Source: Eledone cirrhosa (lineage: Eukaryota). Taken from it: a stretch of 64,000 nt of DNA. A program made the translations under genes and the position numbers. Below are positions 45,001-54,530 of this stretch, in pieces. The notes under the pieces are model-generated. The model had not been told where the DNA came from and did not search any database. It saw nothing but the letters and a program-made list of their open reading frames with translations. The first letter of the stretch is position 1; every line of letters begins with the position of its first letter. Location of the stretch: positions 50,716,001 to 50,780,000 of the forward strand of contig OZ024740.1 of NCBI GenBank assembly GCA_964016885.1, in the 5' to 3' direction.

Positions 45001-48000
45001 GCACCCAGTCCAAACTGTAAAGTGGTCTTGTAGGTGTCATTACAAAAAGTACCCAGTCCACACTGTAAAGTGGTCTTGTAGGTGTCATTACAAAAATCAC
45101 CTAGTCCACACTGTAAAATGATCTTGTAGGTGTCATTACAAAAAGCACACAGTACTCACTGTAAAGTGGTCTTGTAGGTGTAATTACAAAAAGCACCCAG
45201 TCCACACTGTAAAGTGGTCTTGTAGATGACATTACAAAAAGCACCCAGTCCACACTGTAACGTGGTCTTGTAGGTGTCATTACAAAAAGCACCCAGTCCA
45301 CACTGTAAAGTGGTCTTGTAGGTGTCATTACAAAAACCACCCAGTCCACACTGTAAAGTGGTCGTGTAGGTGTCATCACAAAAAGCACCCAGTCCACACT
45401 GTAAAGTGGTCTTGTATGTGTCATTACAAAAAGCTCCTAGTCCACATTGTAAAGTGATCTTTTAGGTGTCATTACAAAAAGCACCCAGTCCACACTGTAA
45501 AGTGGTCTTGTAGGTGTCATTACAAAAAGCACCTAGTCTACACTGTAAAGTGGTCTTGTAGATGTCATTACAAAAAGCACCCAGTCGAAACTGTAAAGTG
45601 GTCTTGTAGGTGTCATTACAAAAAGCACCTAGTCCACACTGTAAAGTGATCTTGTAGGTGTCATTACAAAAAGCACCTAGTCCACAATGTAAAGTGATCT
45701 TGTAGGTGTCATTACAAAAAGCACCTAGTCCACATTGTAAAGTGATCTTGTAGATGTCATTACAAAAAGCACCTAGTCCACACTGTAAAGTGATCTTGTA
45801 GGTGTCATTACAAAAAGCACCCAGTCCACACTGTAAAGTGATCTTCTAGGTGTCATTACAAAAAGCACCCAGTCTACACTGTAAAGTGGTCTTGTAGATG
45901 TCATTACAAAAAGCACCCAGTCCAAACTGTAAAGTGGTCTTGTAGGTGTCATTACTAAAAGCACATAGTCCACACTGTAAAGTGATTTTGTAGGTGTCAT
46001 TACAAAAAGCACCTAGTCCACACTGTAAAGTGGTCTTGTAGGTGTCATTACAAAAAGCACCTAGTCCACATTGTAAAGTGATCTTGTAGATGTCATTACA
46101 AAAAGCACCTAGTCCACATTGTAAAGTGGTCTTGTAGATGTCATTACAAAAAGCACCCAGTCCACACTGTAAAGTGGTCTTGTAGGTGTCATTACTAAAA
46201 GCACCTAGTCTACACTGTAAAGTGGTCATGTAGGTGTCATTACAAAAAGCACCTAGTCCACATTGTAAAGTGATCTTGTAGATGTCATTACAAAAAGCAC
46301 CTAGTCCACATTGTAAAGTGGTCTTGTAGATGTCATTACAAAAAGCACCCAGTCCAAACTGTAAAGTGGTCTTGTAGGTGTCATTACTAAAAGCACCTAG
46401 TCCACACTGTAAAGTGATCTTGTAGGTGTCATTACAAAAAGCACCCAGTCCACACTGTAAAGTGGTCTTGTAGGTGTCATTACAAAAAGCACTCAGTCCA
46501 CACTGTAAAGTGGTCTTGTAGGTGTCATTACAAAAAGCACCAAATCTACACTGTAAAGTGGTCTTGTAGGTGTCATTACAAAAAGCACCTAGTCCACACT
46601 GTAAAGTGATCTTGTAGGTGTCATTACAAAAAGCACCTAATCTACACTGTAAAGTGGTCTTGTAGATGTCATTACAAAAAGCACCCAGTCCAAACTGTAA
46701 AGTGGTCTTGTAGGTGTCATTACAAAAAGCACTCAGTCCACACTGTAAAGTGGTCTTGTAGGTGTCATTACAAAAAGCACCTAATCTACACTGTAAAGTG
46801 GTCTTGTAGGTGTCATTACAAAAAGCACCTAGTCCACACTGTAAAGTGATCTTGTAGGTGTCATTACAAAAAGCACCTAATCTACACTGTAAAGTGGTCT
46901 TGTAGGTGTCATTACTAAAAGCACCTAGTCCACACTGTAAAGTGATCTTGTAGGTGTCATTACAAAAAGCACCTAGTCCACACTGTAAAATGGTCTTGTA
47001 GATGTCATTACAAAAAGCACCCAGTCCAAACTGTAAAGTGATCTTGTATGTGTCATTACAAAAAGCACCCAGTCCACACTGTAAAGTGGTCTTGTAGATG
47101 TCATTACAAAAAGCACCCAGTCCAAACTGTAAAGTGATCTTGTAGGTGTCATTACAAAAAGCACCTTGTCCACACTGTAAAGTGATCTTCTAGGTGTCAT
47201 TACAAAAAGCACCTAGTCCACACTGTAAAGTGATGTTGTAGGTGTCATTACAAAAGCACCTAGTCCACACTGTAAACTGGTCTTGTAGGTGTCATTACAA
47301 AAAGCACCCAGTCCACACTGTAAAGTGGTCTTGTAGGTGTCATTACAAAAAGTACCCAGTCCACACTGTAAAGTGGTCTTGTAGGTGTCATTACAAAAAG
47401 CACCTAGTCCACACTGTAAAGTGGTCTTGTAGATATCATTACAAAAAGCACCTAGTCCAAACTGTAAAGTGGTCGTGTAGGTGTCATTACAAAAAGCATT
47501 TAGTCCACATTGTAAAGTGATCTTGTAGGTGTCATTACAAAAATCACCTAGTCCACACTGTAAAGTGATCTTGTAGGTGTCATTACAAAAAGCACCCAGT
47601 ACTCACTGTAAAGTGGTCTTGTAGGTGTCATTACAAAAAGCACCTAGTCCACACTGTAAAGTGGTCTTGTAGATGTCATTACAAAAAGCACCCAGTCCAC
47701 ACTGTAAAGTGGTCTTGTAGGTGTCATTACAAAAAGCACCCAGTCCACACTGTAAAGTGGTCTTGTAGATGTCATTACAAAAAGCACCTAGTCCAAACTG
47801 TAAAGTGGTCGTGTAGGTGTCTTTACAAAAAGCATCTAGTCCACATTGTAAAGTGATCTTGTAGGTGTCATTACAAAAAGCACCTTGTCCACACTGTAAA
47901 GTGGTCGTGTAGGTGTCATTACAAAAACCACCCAGTCCACACTGTAAAGTGGTCTTGTAGGTGTCATTACAAAAAGCACCCAGTCCACACTGTAAAGTGG

Positions 48001-50100
48001 TCGTGTAGGTGTCATTTCAAAAAGCACCTAGTCCATACTGTAAAGTGATCTTGTAGGTGTCATTACAAAAAGCACCCAGTCCACACTGTAAAGTGGTCTT
48101 GTAGGTGTCATTACTAAAAGCACCTAGTCTACACTGTAAAGTGGTCATGTAGGTGTCATTACAAAAAGCACCTAGTCCACATTGTAAAGTGATCTTGTAG
48201 ATGTCATTACAAAAAGCACCTAGTCCACATTGTAAAGTGGTCTTGTAGATGTCATTACAAAAAGCACCCAGTCCAAACTGTAAAGTGGTCTTGTAGGTGT
48301 CATTACTAAAAGCACCTAGTCCACACTGTAAAGTGATCTTGTAGGTGTCATTACAAAAAGCACCCAGTCCACACTGTAAAGTGGTCTTGTAGGTGTCATT
48401 ACAAAAAGCACTCAGTCCACACTGTAAAGTGGTCTTGTAGGTGTCATTACAAAAAGCACCAAATCTACACTGTAAAGTGGTCTTGTAGGTGTCATTACAA
48501 AAAGCACCTAGTCCACACTGTAAAGTGATCTTGTAGGTGTCATTACAAAAAGCACCTAATCTACACTGTAAAGTGGTCTTGTAGATGTCATTACAAAAAG
48601 CACCCAGTCCAAACTGTAAAGTGGTCTTGTAGGTGTCATTACAAAAAGCACTCAGTCCACACTGTAAAGTGGTCTTGTAGGTGTCATTACAAAAAGCACC
48701 TAATCTACACTGTAAAGTGGTCTTGTAGGTGTCATTACAAAAAGCACCTAGTCCACACTGTAAAGTGATCTTGTAGGTGTCATTACAAAAAGCACCTAAT
48801 CTACACTGTAAAGTGGTCTTGTAGGTGTCATTACTAAAAGCACCTAGTCCACACTGTAAAGTGATCTTGTAGGTGTCATTACAAAAAGCACCTAGTCCAC
48901 ACTGTAAAGTGGTCTTGTAGGTGTCATTACAAAAAGCACCTAGTCCACACTGTAAAATGGTCTTGTAGATGTCATTACAAAAAGCACCCAGTCCAAACTG
49001 TAAAGTGATCTTGTATGTGTCATTACAAAAAGCACCCAGTCCACACTGTAAAGTGGTCTTGTAGATGTCATTACAAAAAGCACCCAGTCCAAACTGTAAA
49101 GTGATCTTGTAGGTGTCATTACAAAAAGCACCTTGTCCACACTGTAAAGTGATCTTCTAGGTGTCATTACAAAAAGCACCTAGTCCACACTGTAAAGTGA
49201 TGTTGTAGGTGTCATTACAAAAGCACCTAGTCCACACTGTAAACTGGTCTTGTAGGTGTCATTACAAAAAGCACCCAGTCCACACTGTAAAGTGGTCTTG
49301 TAGGTGTCATTACAAAAAGTACCCAGTCCACACTGGAAAGTGGTCTTGTAGGTGTCATTACAAAAAGCACCTAGTCCACACTGTAAAGTGGTCTTGTAGA
49401 TATCATTACAAAAAGCACCTAGTCCAAACTGTAAAGTGGTCGTGTAGGTGTCATTACAAAAAGCATTTAGTCCACATTGTAAAGTGATCTTGTAGGTGTC
49501 ATTACAAAAATCACCTAGTCCACACTGTAAAGTGATCTTGTAGGTGTCATTACAAAAAGCACCCAGTACTCACTGTAAAGTGGTCTTGTAGGTGTCATTA
49601 CAAAAAGCACCTAGTCCACACTGTAAAGTGGTCTTGTAGATGTCATTACAAAAAGCACCCAGTCCACACTGTAAAGTGGTCTTGTAGGTGTCATTACAAA
49701 AAGCACCCAGTCCACACTGTAAAGTGGTCTTGTAGATGTCATTACAAAAAGCACCTAGTCCAAACTGTAAAGTGGTCGTGTAGGTGTCTTTACAAAAAGC
49801 ATCTAGTCCACATTGTAAAGTGATCTTGTAGGTGTCATTACAAAAAGCACCTTGTCCACACTGTAAAGTGGTCGTGTAGGTGTCATTACAAAAACCACCC
49901 AGTCCACACTGTAAAGTGGTCTTGTAGGTGTCATTACAAAAAGCACCCAGTCCACACTGTAAAGTGGTCGTGTAGGTGTCATTTCAAAAAGCACCTAGTC
50001 CATACTGTAAAGTGATCTTGTAGGTGTCATTACAAAAAGCACCCAGTCCACACTGTAAAGTGGTCGTGTAGGTGTCATTACAAAAAGTACCCATTCACCA
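1..50100. repeat. 48-bp satellite DNA array with higher-order repeat structure, continuing beyond the window's left edge
   Basis: Continuous head-to-tail copies of GTCATTACAAAAAGCACCYAGTCCACACTGTAAAGTGRTCTTGTAGGT with point variants and rare 1-bp and 10-bp deletions. About 50,100/48, or ~1,045, monomers. I saw no inversions or foreign insertions. Confidence 0.99.
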
Positions 50101-50313
50101 CTGCAAAGTGGTCTTGTAGGTGTCACGATAAAATGTACCCAGTACTCACTGTAAAAGAGGTTGGTGCTAGGAAGGGCATCCAGCTGTAGAAACCAAGCCC
50201 AAATCAGTTCTGTATAAGCAAGACATCGTCACCTGACCTGGTATTGCTTACAACAGGATAACTTGTCTAACCCACGCCAGCGTGGAAAAATGGACGTTAA
50301 ACGGTGATGATGA
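50099..50313 (+). mobile_element. 3' half of a SINE (GGAAGGGCATCCAG family) fused to the end of the satellite
   Basis: The last monomer-like unit (CACTGCAAAGTGGTCTTGTAGGTGTCACGATAAAATGTACCCAGTACTCACTGTAAA) continues into GAGGTTGGTGCTAGGAAGGGCATCCAGCTGTAGAAACC...TGGACGTTAAACGGTGATGATGAT. This matches the SINE copies at 51268, 51761 (minus) and 54058. Confidence 0.9.
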
Positions 50314-50730
50314 TATATATATATATATACTCACTTCACCTATATTCATTAATCAATGAAATAATCAATTTACCTATTTATCAAGCTATCTAGGTAATTG
50401 TTTATCAGTCTATTCTATGTATTACATAAAGCAGGTTTGCTTGCTTACTTAGAAACAGGTTTCATCTAACATGAAAAACTGTCTGTTTAACAACACTAAA
50501 CAATTCAGCAATTAGAACCACTATAAAGATATAAAAGTTCTGTTGATACTACTGTAAAAAAATATTTACCTGCATAAGCATCCCCACATATTATGCTTAT
50601 TTTATATATTGCTTCCATTCATTTCATTTCATATTACATACAGCATATGTGTGTGTGTTTATATATATATTTGATATAACCATATAACTACTTCCTGCTT
50701 GTGTTATATATATATATATATATATATATA

Positions 50731-50970
50731 AATCATACACAAAATGCCAGCTTCAACAGTTTTCCTAGGGATGGTAACATGAATGGACCTGTTATTTTTC
50801 TCTGAAAAGTTTTTCACATATCCATCCTGCTTGTCTTTTCAATCTTTCTATTTCTTCTTTAATTAATCATTTTATTTTCTGATGAAGGACTAGCAACCGA
50901 AACGTTAAGATTCTTTTATTACTATATCAAGCATAAAACTAATATATTTCTTCATTGTACTGTGTTTGCT
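50731..50970 (+). mobile_element. Probable Penelope-like element terminal-repeat fragment inserted in (TA)n
   Basis: ~240-bp AT-rich segment bounded by (TA)n on both sides. It carries a minimal hammerhead motif at 50874-50911 of the kind known from Penelope-like element termini. Confidence 0.55.
50874..50911 (+). ncRNA. Minimal type I hammerhead ribozyme motif
   Basis: ATTTT-CTGATGA-A-GG-ACTAGCAA-CC-GAAA-CG-TT-AAGAT. Conserved core CUGAUGA/GAAA, 2-bp helix II, palindromic ACGT in place of helix III, GUU triplet, and weak helix I AUUUU/AAGAU. Confidence 0.55.
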
Positions 50971-50979
50971 TATATATAT

Positions 50980-51057
<78 letters not shown>
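50971..51057. repeat. (TA)n microsatellite
   Basis: Directly visible, nearly pure TA dinucleotide run. Confidence 0.95.
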
Positions 51058-51058
<1 letters not shown>

Positions 51059-51249
51059 GTAGGTCCCGGGTTGAATCAGGGATAACCACAGTAAGTAAGG
51101 TACTCAATACATGGCAGAGTAAAATTTTTTTATTTTATAGAAGGAGCTTCTACAGGACTAGTACTGTTTCATTCAGATGAAATCTTCAGGAAGCTCTGAA
51201 GATTTCATCTGAATGAAACAGTACTAGTCATGTAGAAGCTCCTTCTATA
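51058..51249 (-). mobile_element. Penelope-like terminal fragment with an inverted duplication, flanked by (TA)n
   Basis: 54-bp inverted repeat (51136-51189 / 51196-51249) with a 6-nt spacer and 1 mismatch. Hammerhead on the minus strand, followed by AATAAA. (TA)n on both sides. Confidence 0.7.
51144..51196 (-). ncRNA. Type I hammerhead ribozyme
   Basis: Minus strand reads GAGCTTC-CTGAAGA-T-TTC-ATCT-GAA-T-GAAA-CAG-TACTAGTC-CTG-TA-GAAGCTC. This gives a 7-bp helix I, core CUGAAGA/GAAA, helix II UUC/GAA (U-U at its base), helix III ACAG/CUGU with palindromic ACUAGU in the loop, and a GUA cleavage triplet. Confidence 0.75.
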
Positions 51250-51267
51250 TATATATATATATATATA

Positions 51268-51592
51268 ATGGAGGCACATTGCTTCGTGGGCTTGCAATCA
51301 AAAGGTTGTGAGTGACCGGGTGATGTGTTGTTTCCTTGAGCAGGACACTTTATTTCACATTGTTCCAGTTTACTCAGCTGTAGAAATGAAATGATAGGGA
51401 CTGGGGTCCATATCATTCCACTGCAAAGTGGTCGTGGAGGTGCCACGGCAAAAAAGCACACAGCACACACCGTAAATGAGGTTGGTGTTAGGAAGGGCAT
51501 CCAGCTGTAAAAATCAAGCGAGAATCAGTTCCCGTCTCACCCTTGCAAGCAGGGAAAAGCGGACGTAAAATGATGATGATGATGATGATGAT
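51268..51592 (+). mobile_element. tRNA-derived SINE (family A), near full length with deletions in the head
   Basis: Colinear with the 54058-54392 copy: CCTTGAGCAGGACACTT central motif, one satellite-like unit at 51419-51476, GGAAGGGCATCCAG, and tail CACCCTTGCAAGCAGGGAAAAGCGGACGTAAAA(TGA)n. Confidence 0.9.
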
Positions 51593-51760
51593 ATATATAT
51601 GTGTATATATATAATCCAGTCAGCGCACGTAGACAGTTATGTAATTGCACAGAAACATATGTTATAGATTGAACACTCAATACAGTTCTCTTTCTGACCA
51701 CTTCTTTCTGCCTAGTTCTTCCTGTTTTTCCTGGTACCATATTTATATTTTTATATATAT

Positions 51761-51972
51761 ATCATCATCATCACCATTTTACGTCCATTCTTCCACGCTA
51801 ACATGACGAGTTGTCCTGTTGTTGGCCATTGCTAGGTCTGGTGACCATGTCTTGCTCATACAGAACTGATGCTGGCTTGGTTTCTACAGTTGGATGCCCT
51901 TCCTAACGCCAACCTCATTTACAGTGAGTACTGGGTGCCTTTTGTCGTGACACCTACAAAACCACTTTGCAA
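51761..51972 (-). mobile_element. 5'-truncated SINE, same subfamily as the element terminating the satellite
   Basis: Reverse complement reads TGCAAAGTGGTTTTGTAGGTGTCACGACAAAAGGCACCCAGTACTCACTGTAAATGAGGTTGGCGTTAGGAAGGGCATCC...TGGACGTAAAATGG(TGA)n, colinear with 50102-50313. Confidence 0.88.
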
Positions 51973-52299
51973 TCTAGGCGCAATCTTTTATACAAGCTAC
52001 TCTCACCATTACTGTGCTTCTCCACTGTAGCTAGGATCACCCTATACCCTCTTATAACTCTGTCAAATTCTACTGCACCTCTCTTACATCCATGACATAC
52101 TTTTTACACATTTCATACACTCATGACATTGAACTTGTCACTTTCCAATCCCCGTCCACATCATGTCATTACCCATGATATACTTATCATCTTTCTTACT
52201 TCCACTATCCTTTTTCAACTCTACAACTCTCTCCCATTTCTTTCGATTTAGAGAGATTCTCCATCAATTTTATTGAAGTCCATGAGGCAAGCTTGTTTC

Positions 52300-52740
52300 A
52301 AGCGCTTGTGGTATAATAAAATATACCCAGCACACTCTGTAAAGTGAGAGGTTGGTGGTAGGAAGGGCCTCCAGTCATGGAAACCATGGTAAAAAGGGTT
52401 GACCTATCCAGTTGTGAAATGACAACCTCTCTAAAAAAAAATATGCCTAGTAAACTCAGTAAGGTGGTTGGTGATAGTAAGGGCATCCAGCTGTAGAAAC
52501 CTTGCCAAAAAAGGATAGAGTGGACTCTCCTGCTGTGTTGAAGGAATGACAACCTCTTTTGTGTTGGTGATCTACATGATAAATGCACCCAGTACACTTG
52601 TAAAGTAGTTGGTGATAGGAATAGTATCTAGCCACAGAAAACAGGCCAAATAAAGGGGCCAGGAGGACTCTTCAGCTGTGTCAAAGGCATGATAACTGCT
52701 CTAGTGCTGGTGCCACAATAAAATGTAGCTGTTGCACTCT
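52300..52740 (+). repeat. Degenerate tandem repeat (~120-142 bp, ~3.5 units) of SINE family A internal sequence
   Basis: Recurring ...ACCCAGYACAC..GTAAAGTGGTTGGTGRTAGGAAGGGCMTCCAG...GAAAC-like blocks starting near 52321, 52441 and 52581, plus a partial block near 52720. Confidence 0.7.
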
Positions 52741-53131
52741 TTATGTGGGAATGTAAGTGAGATGCAGGGGCCTCGACTTCGTGACAGCTATCTAGTGTAC
52801 TGTTTAGTATTCTTTTGCTTGAGTGATTGTATCTTTTTTACTTTGCACTAATTATAGATAAATTTGCAGCTTTCAGCTAAATGCTTTGCAACATCACCCT
52901 GACCCTCAACTTATCCTCTCCATCCCACTTCTACCATGCCCTTCTCCTAAAGATGAACCCAGTCCATTCCTTGATCGACTCCCTTGACTAGCTCCTGATG
53001 AGATTGAGTTTCAGTAAGAGTTCTGAGACTTGCCAAACTAATTAAATGGAAATAGCAGACACCACAATTAATATCAAGTGTTATACAAGATATTTCAAAA
53101 ATATTTTCTGAAGAGGATAATTAAATATTTA

Positions 53132-53136
<5 letters not shown>

Positions 53137-53178
<42 letters not shown>

Positions 53179-53237
53179 GCAAGAGTTCTTCTTCTTCTTC
53201 TTTGGAGGGTCGTGGAGGCATATATACATATGTATAG

Positions 53238-53268
<31 letters not shown>

Positions 53269-53300
53269 CATACATATGTATGTGTGTACGTATGCATACT
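53137..53300. repeat. Compound (TA)n/(TTC)n/(TG)n microsatellite region
   Basis: Directly visible simple repeats. Confidence 0.85.
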
Positions 53301-53613
53301 AACATTTAAGTATCAGCTGTGCAAGAGCGAGAAATAAAATTCTAATTTTATTTTTAGTTTTCGGCAAAGCCAGCTGTAACTCGCTCGGTATGCAAATGAG
53401 GCTAATCAGCCGATGCTTACTTCAAAAGATATACATTTTCAATCATTCAACAGATTGGCTGAGCGGTAAACAGTCCTGATGAAGACAGAAACATGTTGGA
53501 CGTTCGTCAATGCCAGTTTTGAACAAATGGATGACAATTGGTCATCAGCACAGCACAGCTTTGTCTGGTTGTTTGCTTGCAAACTAGTTGAATATTATTA
53601 TTAGTGTTCCATA

Positions 53614-53791
53614 GGGTGGTGGATAGGAAGTATCGGTAGAGGGTCAGATGCAACAAAGAGTTACAGCCCTTTATGATCTGAGTTCAAATCCCTCCGAGGT
53701 TAACTTTGCCTTTCATCCTTATAAGGCCTATAAAGTAAAGTACCAGTAATACACTGGGATAATTGCTGGCCTTATGCCAAAAGTAGAAATA
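53614..53791 (+). mobile_element. tRNA-derived SINE (family B, Deu/Nin-domain-like) with a 17-bp target-site duplication
   Basis: B-box-like GAGTTCAAATCC, then GTTAACTTTGCCTTTCATCC...AAAGTACCAG (resembles the Deu/Nin domain), and an ATT tail. ATTATTAGTGTTCCATA is repeated at 53597-53613 and 53792-53808. Confidence 0.85.
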
Positions 53792-53814
53792 ATTATTAGT
53801 GTTCCATATAACCC

Positions 53815-53857
53815 ATATGTATATGTGTGTGTGTGTATGTGTGTGTATATATATATT

Positions 53858-53889
<32 letters not shown>

Positions 53890-54022
53890 TATTTGTATTT
53901 ATATATATGCATATGTATATATTCTAGCGTGGAAGATGGACGTTAAACGAAGATGATGATGATGATGATGATGATACATGTATATACATATGTATATATA
54001 CATATATATATATATCTATATA

Positions 54023-54057
<35 letters not shown>
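53815..54057. repeat. (TG)n/(TA)n/(GAT)n microsatellites surrounding a short SINE/RTE tail remnant (53924-53975)
   Basis: Simple repeats are directly visible. CTAGCGTGGAAGATGGACGTTAAACGAA(GAT)n matches the tail at 50278-50313. Confidence 0.8.
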
Positions 54058-54392
54058 GTGCACATGGCTTAGTGGTTAGAGCATTGGCCTTGCAATCGAA
54101 AGGTTGTGAGTTCAATTCTCAGACCAGGTGATGTGTTGTTTCCTTGAGCAAGACACTTTATTTCACATTGGTCCAGTTTACTCAGCTGTAGAAATGAGAT
54201 GATAGGACTGGGGTCCGTATCATTCCACTGCAAAGTGGTCGTGGAGGTGCCACGGCAAAAAAGCACCCAGCATTCACTGTAAATGAGGTTGGTGTTAGGA
54301 AGGGCATCCAGCTGTAGAAATCAAGCCAGCATCAGTTCCCGTCCCACCCTTGCAAGCAGGGAAAAAGCGGACGTAAAATGAAATGAATGAAT
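54058..54392 (+). mobile_element. Full-length tRNA-derived SINE (family A)
   Basis: Pol III A box TGGCTTAGTGG (54065-54075), B box GAGTTCAATTC (54108-54118), CORE/V-like motif CCTTGAGCAAGACACTT, one satellite-like unit at 54226-54274, and an RTE-like 3' tail ending in an (AATG)n-like repeat. Confidence 0.92.
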
Positions 54393-54437
54393 GCGCGTAC
54401 ATATATATAATAAGATGAAAGACAATAAGTCCCGGTA

Positions 54438-54501
54438 TAGGAAGAATGTCAGCAAAATCATAAACATTAGAATGTTTATGATTTTGCTGACATTCTCCCT
54501 A
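54438..54501. repeat. Near-perfect palindrome (26-bp perfect arms, 2-nt spacer) in a (TA)n-flanked insert
   Basis: AGAATGTCAGCAAAATCATAAACATT-AG-AATGTTTATGATTTTGCTGACATTCT, extending ~5 bp further with one mismatch. Confidence 0.9.
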
Positions 54502-54530
54502 AGTCAACTATTCATATATATATATATATA

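Noticed and set aside
31-49994. Cys-rich repeat ORFs (LQCGLGAFCNDTYKTT)n, (VDWVLFVMTPTRPLYS)n and the zinc-finger-looking (CRCHYKKHPVHTVKWS)n
   Set aside because: 48 bp is 16 codons, so any stop-free frame repeats. Stop and frameshift variants are freely propagated, and there is no unique N- or C-terminus. The unit derives from a non-coding SINE.
1-50100. CRISPR-like array
   Set aside because: No unique spacers, no cas genes, and a eukaryotic retroelement context.
1-50100. Apparent covariation of monomer position 19 (T/C) with position 38 (A/G) as a compensatory base pair
   Set aside because: Neighbouring bases cannot extend a helix in that register and the linkage is imperfect. It is better explained as two ancestral monomer classes.
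1-50100. Nucleosome-matching multiples (3x48=144, 4x48=192)
   Set aside because: Numerical coincidence. I saw no consistent 3- or 4-mer periodicity of variants.
51975-52290. Possible highly decayed RTE internal fragment on the minus strand
   Set aside because: Only faint Cys/Trp spacing similarity, which I cannot support without an alignment.
52985-53060. CTGATGAG...GAAA as another hammerhead
   Set aside because: I could not form convincing helices I-III.
54058-54130. tRNA gene
   Set aside because: A and B boxes are present, but there is no full cloverleaf and it continues into a SINE body.
50962-54266. Short ORFs with YIYI, HHHH or SSSS runs
   Set aside because: Translations of microsatellites and SINEs.
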